DNA from: an uncultured Planctomycetota bacterium
Lineage (GTDB): Bacteria; Planctomycetota; Planctomycetia; Isosphaerales; Isosphaeraceae
DNA: 64,000 nucleotides
Direction: 5' to 3'
Assembly (NCBI GenBank): GCA_963737655.1
Contig: CAVTTN010000002.1
Coordinates: 4,320,001-4,384,000 of the forward strand
In this document: one piece after another, positions 1-8,881 of the stretch
Layout: every line of letters starts with the position of its first letter
How positions within the stretch are numbered: position 1 is the first letter of the stretch
Made by a program: the position numbers and the translations under genes
The notes under the pieces: model-generated
Told to the model about the DNA's origin: nothing
Seen by the model: only the letters and a program-made list of their open reading frames with translations
Databases searched by the model: none

Positions 1-354
1 GCTCCAGCGGGTCACGCAATGCATGTCGGCGAAGACGCGGGCCGACGGCAGGGCGCGGAACTCGTCCCAGGTGAAGGATTTCGGCGCCTCCACGAGCCCG
101 AACAGGCGTAGGTCCCAGGTCGCCAGGTCGACCGCTGGGGTCTTCCCCGCGTGGAGCACGGGCCATTTCTTCGTCTTGACCTGCCCCGGGGGGATGCGGA
201 CTTCCCTCCGGGTGTCGGGGCTGATGACGTCGGCCTCGGCCGGATCTCCGGCCGGTTCGGGGGCCTTCCCGAACAGGGCGCTGGCGATCCCCCGGGCGGC
301 GATCCGCCCTTTCTCGACCAGGCCCGCCGAGAGCTCGTCCTTCGATTCCGACAT
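1..354 (-). CDS. Sulfite oxidase-like molybdopterin oxidoreductase, runs off the left edge
   Basis: Not in the ORF track. Hand translation from ATG 354 gives ...RIPPGQVKTKKWPVLHAG...WDLRLFGLVE...DMHCVTRWS, the family signature. Confidence 0.85.
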   Translation of the reverse strand, partial: MSESKDELSAGLVEKGRIAARGIASALFGKAPEPAGDPAEADVISPDTRREVRIPPGQVKTKKWPVLHAGKTPAVDLATWDLRLFGLVEAPKSFTWDEFRALPSARVFADMHCVTRWS

Positions 355-390
355 CGCGGCCTCCTCCGGGTTCAAGCGTTTCGAGATGAG

Positions 391-1377
391 TTACCCGCCG
401 GATCGTTCGCCGACCAGCCCTCGCACGACCGCTTCCGAGACTTCCCAGCGCGTCCGGGCGATCCGTTGCCAGTCGAACCGGGCGAGCCAGTCGGCGGGAC
501 GGCTGGGGACGGCCTCCCCGGCCATCCCCAATGATTCGGCCAGGACGCCGACGAGTCGCATGGGGTCGGCGCCGAGCTCCCGGAGCGTGGCGAGCTTGAT
601 CGAGTCGTCCCTCTTGGCCAGCTTCCGGCCGTCGGCCCCGAACACCAGGGGGACATGGCCGAACGTCGGCGGCTCTCGCCGGAACGCCCGGTAGAGGAGG
701 ATCTGGCGGGGGGTGCTCGTGACGAGGTCCTCGCCGCGGATCACCTGGTTGACCCCCATCGCGGCATCGTCGCAGACGACCGCCAGTTGATAGGCGGGCT
801 CGCCCGAGGACCGGCCGACGACGAAATCGCCGCCGGATTCCCGGGGGTCGGCCCAGCTCGGCCCTCGGATCAAGTCCCACCAATCGACCCTCCCCGAGGG
901 CACGCGGAACCTCCAGGAATAGGGCCGATCGCCGAGTGCCCGGGCGTCCCCGACCGATCTCCCGGAGCAGGTGCCGGGGTAGCTCGGGCCTTCATCCCCG
1001 GAGTGGGGGGCGGAGGCGGCCCGGGCGATGTCGGCCCGGGTGCAGGTGCAGGGATAGACCCGCTCGTCGGCCTTCAGGCGCTCCAGGGCCGCGTCGTACA
1101 GGGGCTTCCGCTCGGACTGGAGATAGGGCCCGAGAGGCCTCGGGCGGTCGGGCCCTTCGTCCCAGTCCAGGCCGAGCCATCCGAGGACCTCGGCCGCGTC
1201 GCCCAGGGCCTCGGGCCGGACGCGGGAGGCGTCGATGTCCTCGATTCGGAGGATCACGCGGCCCCCGGCCGACCTCGCCGCGAGCCAGGCGAGGAAGAAC
1301 GTCCGCGCATGGCCCAGATGGAGGCCGCCGGTGGGCGACGGGGCGAGCCGGCCGACTGTCGGCGATTCCGGGGGCAT
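391..1377 (-). CDS. gluQ: Glutamyl-Q tRNA(Asp) synthetase
   Basis: RLAPSPTGGLHLGH (HIGH), YPCTCTR zinc site, AYQLAVV, RGEDL, KLAKR; about 330 aa with no anticodon-binding domain. Confidence 0.9.
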   Translation of the reverse strand: MPPESPTVGRLAPSPTGGLHLGHARTFFLAWLAARSAGGRVILRIEDIDASRVRPEALGDAAEVLGWLGLDWDEGPDRPRPLGPYLQSERKPLYDAALERLKADERVYPCTCTRADIARAASAPHSGDEGPSYPGTCSGRSVGDARALGDRPYSWRFRVPSGRVDWWDLIRGPSWADPRESGGDFVVGRSSGEPAYQLAVVCDDAAMGVNQVIRGEDLVTSTPRQILLYRAFRREPPTFGHVPLVFGADGRKLAKRDDSIKLATLRELGADPMRLVGVLAESLGMAGEAVPSRPADWLARFDWQRIARTRWEVSEAVVRGLVGERSGG

Positions 1378-1519
1378 GGCGGGAAGGTCCGCGATCGGTT
1401 CGACTGGTCGCGACGGCCCCGCCAGAGTACCATGATCGGAGACCCCTCCGCCGCGCCGATCGCGGTGCCGAGGGGCGTCTCCGATCCCCGAGTCCCGCCG
1501 AGTCGAGAGGAAGCCCGCG

Positions 1520-2633
1520 ATGGACGCCGACCTGAAGAGAGACGCCCGGGCGGTCATCGACCGCATCGTTCAGCTCCGAGACTCTCTTTGACCTCGGCGA
1601 AAAACTCTCTCGACGGACCGAGCTGAGCAACGAGATGGAGGGCGGCGCCTTCTGGAACGACCAGGAGAAGGCCAAGGCCACCATCGCCGAGATGAAGTCG
1701 CTGAACAGCGTGCTGAAGCCGTTCGAGAGCCTCGTGGGGCAGTCCGACGACCTCGCCACCCTGATCGAGATGGCCGAGGAGACCGGCGACGACGGCCTCG
1801 ACGACGACATCCGCTCGACCGTGACGCAGGCGACGGCCGACTTCGAGGCGTTCGAGCTCCGCTCGATGCTCTCCGGCCCCAACGACCATTGCAGCGCGTT
1901 CGTGACGATCCACGCCGGGGCCGGCGGGACCGAGGCGTGCGACTGGGCCGAGATGCTCCTCCGGATGTACCTGATGTGGGCCGAATCCCATCGGTTCAAG
2001 ACCCACATCCAGGACCGCGAGGACGGCGGCGCCGCGGGCATCCAGATGGCCACGATCCACATCCAGGGGGAGTACGTCTACGGCTACCTCCGGGGAGAAA
2101 CCGGCGTCCACCGCCTGGTTCGGATCAGCCCGTTCGACTCCGCCGGCCGGAGGCAGACCTCGTTCGCCTCGGTGGACGTTTTGCCCGAGATCGACGAATC
2201 CATCAGCATCGAGATCCGCGACGTGGACCTCAAGCGGGACGTCTTCCGGTGCGGGGGGCCCGGCGGCCAGCACCAGAACAAGACCGAGTCCGGCGTGAGG
2301 TACACCCACCTCCCCACCGGGATCGCCGCCGAGTCCCGGACCGAGCGGTCCCAGCACAAGAATGACTCCAACGCGATGGCCTTGCTCAAGGCCAAGCTGA
2401 TCCGTCGCGAGGAGGAGAAGCGCGAGGCCGACTACGCCAAGAAGTACGACGAGAAGGGCGAGATCAGCTTCGGCAACCAGATCCGCTCGTACGTGTTGCA
2501 GCCGTACCAGCTCGTCAAGGACCTGAGGACCGGCCACGAGGTCGGCAACCCGAGGAGTGTCCTGGACGGCGGCCTCGACGGCTTCATCGACGGGTTCCTC
2601 CGCTGGAGGCTCTCCGGCGGGGAGGCGAGGTAA
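1520..2633 (+). CDS. prfB: Peptide chain release factor 2, programmed +1 frameshift at CTT-TGA-C (1586-1592)
   Basis: ORF1 MDADLKRDARAVIDRIVQLRDSL* ends at CTTTGAC; the +1 frame is continuous with ORF 1635-2633, which has the SPF and GGQ motifs. Confidence 0.97.
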
Positions 2634-3267
2634 TGGGCGCGGTGACGATCGAGGAGGCGGACGGAGCGACCTCGATCGTCTCGCCGTCCTGCCGGCTGGT
2701 CTTCCATCGTCTCGGGGAAAGCTGGGCGCACTCGATCGAGATCGGCCGGGGACGAGCGACGTTCGCCCGGTCGATCGAGCCCGACCCCGACCGGGACGAC
2801 TCCCGGAACGTCGCCAGCCCGACCTATCAAGACCTGCACCTCCAGGCCGACGGCGACGATTGGCTCGCCCTCCTCGTCGGTCAGTTCGGCACCCGGCAGT
2901 ATTCCGCGTCGTTCCGGGTCTCGCTCCGCCACCGGGACCGGGCCGACGTGGAACCGACGACGAAGATCCACGTGGACGTCGCCGACCGCTGCCGAGACCC
3001 CGGCCGGGTCATGCGATCGTCCTACGAAGTCCTCGCCCCTCCTCGTTCGTTCAACGCCCGGAGCTCGGCGCCGCTCAACGCCGTCTGGGAACACTCCCTG
3101 CCGGGCGGGTCGGGCCCCTGGTCGATCTGTGGGTCTTCCACGGCGATTGCCCGGATGCCGAGATCTCGGTCGAGGACGCCGGCCCCCTGGGCTACCTCGC
3201 CCGGATCGAACGCCCCCTGATCCCGCCCCAACCCACGGGCCGATTGATCTACACCTGGATGATTTGA
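2633..3267 (+). CDS. Hypothetical protein, probable single indel near 3115
   Basis: TAATG overlap with the prfB stop; protein-like sequence switches to the frame ending ...GRLIYTWMI at 3267. Confidence 0.55.
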
Positions 3268-3416
3268 GACAGCCCGACGGCCTCGGATTTCGAGAAAACC
3301 GGGGGATGGTCCACCTCGGTCCCTCAAGCCGGGCGGACCGGGAAAACCACGACCGGTCGAGGGCTTCGACGGCGAACCCTCTTCGCGAATCCCCCCTGAT
3401 CGAAGGTCGCTCACCC

Positions 3417-4757
3417 ATGACGTCTCTCGACCGTTTCCGCGGGCTCCTGGGGATCGCGGCGATCCTCGGCGTGGCGTATCTCCTGTCCGAGAACCGGCGG
3501 AAGATCTCCCGTCGCGTGCTGTTCTGGGGCCTGGCGTTGCAGTGGGGGTTCGCCTTGCTGGTGCTGAAGGTGCCGGCCGGGGCCGCGGTCCTGGAACGCG
3601 CCGGAGAGGCGATCAAGGCGGTGCTGGACCAGGCGCTGGTGGGCTCGGAGTTCGTCTTCGGGCCGAGGCTCGTGGCGCCCGACGGCCCGGCCGGGTTCGT
3701 CTTCGCGTTCCGCGTCCTGCCGACGGTCATCTTCGTGGCGGCCCTGTTCGCCGTGCTCTACCACCTCGGCCTGATGCAATGGATCGTCCGAGGCTTCGCC
3801 TGGATCATGGCCAAGCTGATGGGGGCGAGCGGGGCCGAGTCCCTGAACGTGGCGGCGTCCCTGTTCCTGGGCCAGACCGAGGCGCCGTTGACGATCCGGC
3901 CGTACCTGCCTCGGCTCACGCGGTCGGAATTGCTGACCGTGATGACCTCGGGGATGGCCCACGTCTCGGGAGGCGTCATGGCGGCGTATTTCGCCTTCGG
4001 AGTCTCGCCGAAACACATCCTCACGGCCGTGATCATGACCGCTCCCGGGACGATCCTGCTCGCCAAGATGATCTGCCCCGAAACGGGCGTCCCCGAGACC
4101 CTGGGGAGCGTCCGCGAGGACGCGACGAGGCCCGACTCCAACCTCCTGGACGCGGCCTCTCGCGGGACGAGGGACGGCCTCCACCTCGCCCTGAACATCG
4201 CGGCGATGCTGATCTCGTTCCTCGCCCTGATCGCCCTGGTGAACAAGGGGCTCGGCCTGATCTGGTCGGGCCTGTCGCTCGAGACGATGCTCGGGACCGC
4301 CCTGGCGCCGGTGGCGTGGCTCCTGGGCGTCCCTTGGGTCGATAGCCGGGTCGTCGGCGGGCTCCTGGGGACGCGGACCGTGCTGAACGAGCTGATCGCG
4401 TTCGGGGAACTGGGGGAATGGATGGCGTTCGTCCCCGGCTCTCCCGGGCGGGCCTTCCTGGCGGCCCAGACCCTGCATCGCTCGGCGTTCGTCGTCTCCG
4501 GGGCGCCGGTCGGCGGCCTCCTGGCGATCGCGCCCGAGACGGTCGCCGTGGGGCACTTGCAGCCGAGATCGACGGCGATCGCCACGTTCGCGCTCTGCGG
4601 GTTCGCGAATTTCAGCTCGATCGGCATCCAGCTCGGCGGCATCGGCGCCCTGGCCGAGAACCGGAGGGCCGAGCTCGCCAGCCTGGGATTCAAGGCGCTC
4701 CTGGCCGGCACGCTCGCCAATTTCCTCTCGGCGTGCATCGCCGGGATCTTGCTTTGA
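3417..4757 (+). CDS. nupC: CNT-family (NupC) nucleoside:cation symporter
   Basis: FLGQTEAPL, GMAHVSG, LNELIAF and FALCGFANFSSIGIQ motifs. Confidence 0.93.
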   Translation: MTSLDRFRGLLGIAAILGVAYLLSENRRKISRRVLFWGLALQWGFALLVLKVPAGAAVLERAGEAIKAVLDQALVGSEFVFGPRLVAPDGPAGFVFAFRVLPTVIFVAALFAVLYHLGLMQWIVRGFAWIMAKLMGASGAESLNVAASLFLGQTEAPLTIRPYLPRLTRSELLTVMTSGMAHVSGGVMAAYFAFGVSPKHILTAVIMTAPGTILLAKMICPETGVPETLGSVREDATRPDSNLLDAASRGTRDGLHLALNIAAMLISFLALIALVNKGLGLIWSGLSLETMLGTALAPVAWLLGVPWVDSRVVGGLLGTRTVLNELIAFGELGEWMAFVPGSPGRAFLAAQTLHRSAFVVSGAPVGGLLAIAPETVAVGHLQPRSTAIATFALCGFANFSSIGIQLGGIGALAENRRAELASLGFKALLAGTLANFLSACIAGILL

Positions 4758-4818
4758 GACGCCCGGGATCGCAAGATCGGCCGAAAGGGGCAAGGGGAGG
4801 ACGAACCGAGGAGCCGCC

Positions 4819-5652
4819 ATGAGGACCCATCGACTCCACGAGAAGGCCGTCGAATCGGCTTTGGCGATCTCGGAGAGGCTCGACCCGTTCCCCTCGGCGG
4901 CCGTCGTGCTCGGCTCGGGCCTCGGGGCGCTGGTGGAGGGGCTGGACGAGCCGGTTTCGCTCTCGTACAGCCACATCCCCCACTTCCCGACTCCCTCCGT
5001 GGCCGGTCATCACGGCAACCTCGTGGTCGGCGGGATCGGCGATCGGCGGGTGGCCGTCTGGCAGGGCCGGTTCCACCATTACGAGGGGCACGACCTGGAC
5101 GTCGTCACGTTCCCGGTCCGCGTGATGAAGGCCCTGGGCGTCTCGACCCTGATCCTCTCGGCGGCCACCGGCGGGATCAACCTCGAATACAGGCCCGGGG
5201 ACCTCGTGGCCATCTCCGACCACCTGAACCTGATCGGCTCCAACCCGCTCAGAGGGCCGAACGACGACCGGCTCGGGACGCGCTTCCCCGACATGACCGA
5301 GGTCTACTCGCCCCGCCTCCGCGCCATCGCCTCCGAAGAAGCCGCCGCGATGGGTTTGCCCCTGCATTCGGGCGTTTATGCCTGCATGGGCGGGCCGAGC
5401 TACGAGACTCCGGCCGAGATCCGGATGCTCCGAACGCTCGGGGCCGACGTGGTGGGGATGTCCACGGTGCCCGAGGCGATCGTCGCGAGGCATGCGGGGC
5501 TGGAAGTCCTGGCGTTCGCCCTGGTTTCCAACGGCGCGGCGGGGACCTCGGGCGAGCCCATCACCCATGAAGAAGTCCTCGAAGCCGGCCGGCTGGCGGG
5601 GCCTCGCCTGGGGGAGCTGATCCGGCGGGTCGTGGGGCGGATGGCGGATTGA
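4819..5652 (+). CDS. punA: Purine nucleoside phosphorylase (trimeric type)
   Basis: VLGSGLG, QGRFHHYEG, GPSYETPAEI, VGMSTVPE. Confidence 0.95.
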   Translation: MRTHRLHEKAVESALAISERLDPFPSAAVVLGSGLGALVEGLDEPVSLSYSHIPHFPTPSVAGHHGNLVVGGIGDRRVAVWQGRFHHYEGHDLDVVTFPVRVMKALGVSTLILSAATGGINLEYRPGDLVAISDHLNLIGSNPLRGPNDDRLGTRFPDMTEVYSPRLRAIASEEAAAMGLPLHSGVYACMGGPSYETPAEIRMLRTLGADVVGMSTVPEAIVARHAGLEVLAFALVSNGAAGTSGEPITHEEVLEAGRLAGPRLGELIRRVVGRMAD

Positions 5653-6067
5653 ACCGCCAAGACGCCAATGGCGGATTGAACCGCCAAGACGCGAAGTTCG
5701 CCAAGGAAGAGGGGAGAGGAGAGGAGAGGAGAGAACGAGAGAGGTTCAAGAGAAAGAGAGAGTCAAGAGAAAGACGCATTCAAGAGAAATTCAAGAGGAA
5801 AAACCTCGAAACCTTTTGGGATTTTCTCTCCTCATCTCCCTCTTCCTTGGCGATCTTGGCGTCTTGGCGGTTAATCTCCCGCACCCCGATTCGTAAGCAT
5901 GTCTTCGGTCAGGCTCGATCTGAAGACATGCTTACGAAGACGTAAGCATGCCACCCGACAAGAGAGATTCGAGAGGAAAACCTCGGATCCTTTTAGGATT
6001 TTCTCTCTTCCTCTCCCTCTTCCTTGGCGATCCTGGCGTCTTGGCGGTTAATCTCCCGCACCCCGAT
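5641..6067. repeat. Composite intergenic repeat: AACCGCCAAG-type long inverted repeat, 25-bp tandem duplication, ~110-bp direct duplication, and a truncated GGGTGGCATGCT-type palindrome
   Basis: 5641-5665 is identical to 5668-5692; 5781-5890 is similar to 5959-6067; the left arm starting at 5679 is complementary to 5836-5872 and 6013-6049; 5891-5957 resembles 8800-8877. Confidence 0.9.
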
Positions 6068-7373
6068 AGGCCCGATCCAGCAAATCCACCGGGTGGACCA
6101 CCGTCACGGCGCTGCCGCGTTCCTTGATTTTCCGGGCGATCTGGAGGATGCAGCCGACGTTGCCCGTGGCGACGATCTCGGCGCCGGTGTCCTGGATCCG
6201 GTCCATCTTCCGCCGGCCGAGCCGTTCGGACATCTCCGGCTGGGTCAGGTTGTACGTCCCGGCGGCCCCGCAACAAAGCTCGGTCTCCTCGAGGGGGACG
6301 AGTTCGAGGCCCGGGATCAGGCCCAGGAGCTTCCTAGGCTGAGAACGGATCTGCTGGCCGTGGCAGAGGTGGCAGGCGTCGTGATAGGTGACCTTCTTCG
6401 GCAGCGCGTGGGTGGGCGCGATCGGCCCGAGCTCGACGAGGTATTCGCTGATGTCGCGGACCTTCGCGACGAACGCCCTGGCGCGGTCGTGGTCGGCGCC
6501 TTCGAGGAGGTGGGCATAGTCCTTGAGCATCGCCCCGCACCCGGCCACGTTCACGATCACCGCGTCGATGTCGTCGCGGAGGAACGTCTCGATGTTCTTG
6601 CGGGCGAATTCGAGTGCCGGTCCCTCGACGCCCGAATGGTAGTGGATCGCCCCGCAGCAGACCTGCCCCGGCGGGATCACGACCTCGCAGCCATTGTGCT
6701 GAAGCACCCGGGCGGTGGCGGCGGTGGTCCCGGGATACATCGCGTCGGCCACGCAGCCGAGGAACAGGGCGACCCGGGCTCGCTTCGGGCCGATCGGCGG
6801 GAGGATTTCGGGGAGTTTGGACCCGCCCCGGAGCTCGGGCAACATCGCGTGCATCCGGCGGAGCGTGGGCGGCAGGAGCTTCGTCAGGCCGATCTTTTCG
6901 ACGAGCCCGAGGATTCCGGCCTTCTGGAGCAGGCGGGCCGGGATCAGGGCGGCCTTGACCCGCTTCGAATAGGGGAAAAGGTGTTCGAGGATGAGCCGTT
7001 GCAACCGGCTGGTCTTCGCCCCGGGGGGCGCGGACTGGTGGAGGGCCACCTTGAACGGCTCGATCAATCGGCCGTACTGGACGCCCGAGGGACACGCCGA
7101 TTCGCAGGCCCGGCAGTCCAGGCAGAGGTCCAGGTGCTTGCGGACGGCGGGCCCGGCGTCGAGGCGGCCGTCGGTCACGGCGCGCATCAGGTAGATTCGC
7201 CCCCTCGGGCTGTCGTTCTCGTCGCCGGTCTCGACGAACGTGGGGCAACTGGCGGTGCAGAGGCCGCAGTGGATGCAATCCTGGAACCGGCGATAGTCGA
7301 TCTTCTCGGACAGCCAGGCCAGGTCCACGCCCGAGGTCGGGGTCGGGGCCGGGGCCTTCGGTTCGGTCGCCAT
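6048..7373 (-). CDS. glcF: Glycolate oxidase Fe-S subunit (GlcF-like)
   Basis: CIHCGLCTASCP, CLDCRACESACP and two CCG domains. Confidence 0.9.
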   Translation of the reverse strand: MATEPKAPAPTPTSGVDLAWLSEKIDYRRFQDCIHCGLCTASCPTFVETGDENDSPRGRIYLMRAVTDGRLDAGPAVRKHLDLCLDCRACESACPSGVQYGRLIEPFKVALHQSAPPGAKTSRLQRLILEHLFPYSKRVKAALIPARLLQKAGILGLVEKIGLTKLLPPTLRRMHAMLPELRGGSKLPEILPPIGPKRARVALFLGCVADAMYPGTTAATARVLQHNGCEVVIPPGQVCCGAIHYHSGVEGPALEFARKNIETFLRDDIDAVIVNVAGCGAMLKDYAHLLEGADHDRARAFVAKVRDISEYLVELGPIAPTHALPKKVTYHDACHLCHGQQIRSQPRKLLGLIPGLELVPLEETELCCGAAGTYNLTQPEMSERLGRRKMDRIQDTGAEIVATGNVGCILQIARKIKERGSAVTVVHPVDLLDRAYRGAGD

Positions 7374-7444
7374 GTCGGGGGCCGTCCTCGGAGAGAAGAG
7401 AGCGGAGAGGGGCGCGGGGCGGTCGGGTCTCGGCGGGTTTTCCC

Positions 7445-8698
7445 CTAGATTGTACCCACGAACCGCCCGGGATTCATCACCCCGGAGGGGTCGAAGGTCG
7501 CCTTGATCCGCTCCATGATCGCCCAGTCGCCCCGGCGAGGGCCCCAGACCTTCAATCGCGACTTCCACTCCGTGGGGCATCGCGACAGGACGGCGTGGCC
7601 GCCGTGACGGGCCGCGACCTCCCGGATCGCATGGAGGGCCGGGGCCATCGCGTCGAGCGTCCATTCGCCGAGGGCGTGGAGGTGGGCCACCCCGCTGCCG
7701 GAATGGGCCAGGAGGGACCATCGGCCCGGATCGAGCCCGGCCAGGAGCGTGGGCAGGGCCGAGGCGGGCGCCGCCGCCACCATCGAGACCGGGCCGAGCG
7801 GCATCGCCTGGAAGCCCGAGAGGAACTCCCAGAGCTTGTGGACCCGCCAATCCCGCATCTCGACGACCTCCCGGCCGGGGAACTCTTCCCGAATCCGGGC
7901 GAGCTGCCAGGTCACGGACGGGTTGTTGTCCTCGAACCCCACGGCGAGGGCGAACGCGGAGTCGGTCGAGTCCAGGAGGCCCTCGGCGCGTCCCATCGCC
8001 TGGCGGTTCAGGAGGTCCAGGGCCATTGGGCGGGTTCCCGACGTGTTCATCCGTTCGAGGGCTTCCGCCACGTCGTTCAGGTCGCGGAGGAGGACCACGG
8101 CGAACGCCGAATCGTCGGGCCGGGGGCGGACCTTCAGGGTCATCTGAGCGATCGGCCCGAGCGTCCCGAGGGAGCCGGTCAGGAGCTTCGGCAGGTCGTA
8201 GCCGGCGACGTTCTTGACGACCCGGCCGCCCCCGTTCACGGCCTTGCCGTCGGCGGTGACGAACGTGACCCCGAGGATCAGGTCCCGAGGACGGCCGGCG
8301 CCGAACCGCCTCGGGCCGCTGGTGTTCGTGGCGAAGATGCCCCCGAGCGAGGCGCGGTCGGCGAACGGGGCGTCCAGGGGGAGCCTCTGGTTCTCGGTCC
8401 CCAGGACTTCCTGCAGCGCCCCGAGCGTGATCCCGGGCTCGATCGTGATGGTCATGTCGGCGGCCGGGTAGTCGATCACGGCGTTCAGGGCGGTCAGGTC
8501 CAGCGCCACGCCGGCTCGCCGGGGAATCCCGCCGTAATCGAGGGCGGTCTTGCCGCCTTGAGGGTAGATCGCCAGCCCTTCGGAGCCTCGGCGAAGGATG
8601 GTCTCCTGGAGCGACTCGAGCGTCTCGGGACGGTCCAGGGCGACGGCGAATTGGCCGTCGCCCAGGGGCAGGGATTCGTCGGATGCGGGCCGGTCCAA
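7445..8698 (-). CDS. glcE: FAD-binding oxidoreductase (GlcE-like)
   Basis: GGRVVKNVAGYDLPKL and C-terminal FDPSGVMNPGRF; lies upstream of glcF. Confidence 0.85.
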   Translation of the reverse strand: MDRPASDESLPLGDGQFAVALDRPETLESLQETILRRGSEGLAIYPQGGKTALDYGGIPRRAGVALDLTALNAVIDYPAADMTITIEPGITLGALQEVLGTENQRLPLDAPFADRASLGGIFATNTSGPRRFGAGRPRDLILGVTFVTADGKAVNGGGRVVKNVAGYDLPKLLTGSLGTLGPIAQMTLKVRPRPDDSAFAVVLLRDLNDVAEALERMNTSGTRPMALDLLNRQAMGRAEGLLDSTDSAFALAVGFEDNNPSVTWQLARIREEFPGREVVEMRDWRVHKLWEFLSGFQAMPLGPVSMVAAAPASALPTLLAGLDPGRWSLLAHSGSGVAHLHALGEWTLDAMAPALHAIREVAARHGGHAVLSRCPTEWKSRLKVWGPRRGDWAIMERIKATFDPSGVMNPGRFVGTI

Positions 8699-8799
8699 GG
8701 GCGGGACTCCGAAGGGCGATCGGGACGCTCGGCGGCCCTATCCTAGCGAGATGGGGACTCGGTTTCACCTGCTTCGACCCGGGGAACGCCCACGAGGAC

Positions 8800-8877
8800 C
8801 GGGTGGCATGCTCGCGTCTTCGTGAGCATGTCCGGCGTGCGGAAGACATGCTCACGAAGCCGTGAGCAGGCCACCCG
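8800..8877. repeat. REP-like doublet palindrome (CGGGTGGCATGCT...GCCACCCG)
   Basis: Arms are mutually complementary and each holds an internal hairpin; partial copy at 5891-5957. Confidence 0.8.
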
Positions 8878-8881
8878 AACG

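Noticed and set aside
5649..5945. 98-aa charged ORF in the repeat region
   Set aside because: It is simply a translation of the repeat arms and the purine tract.
5641..6067. Possible CRISPR array
   Set aside because: Repeats are inverted or irregular, there are no constant-length spacers, and no cas genes are present.
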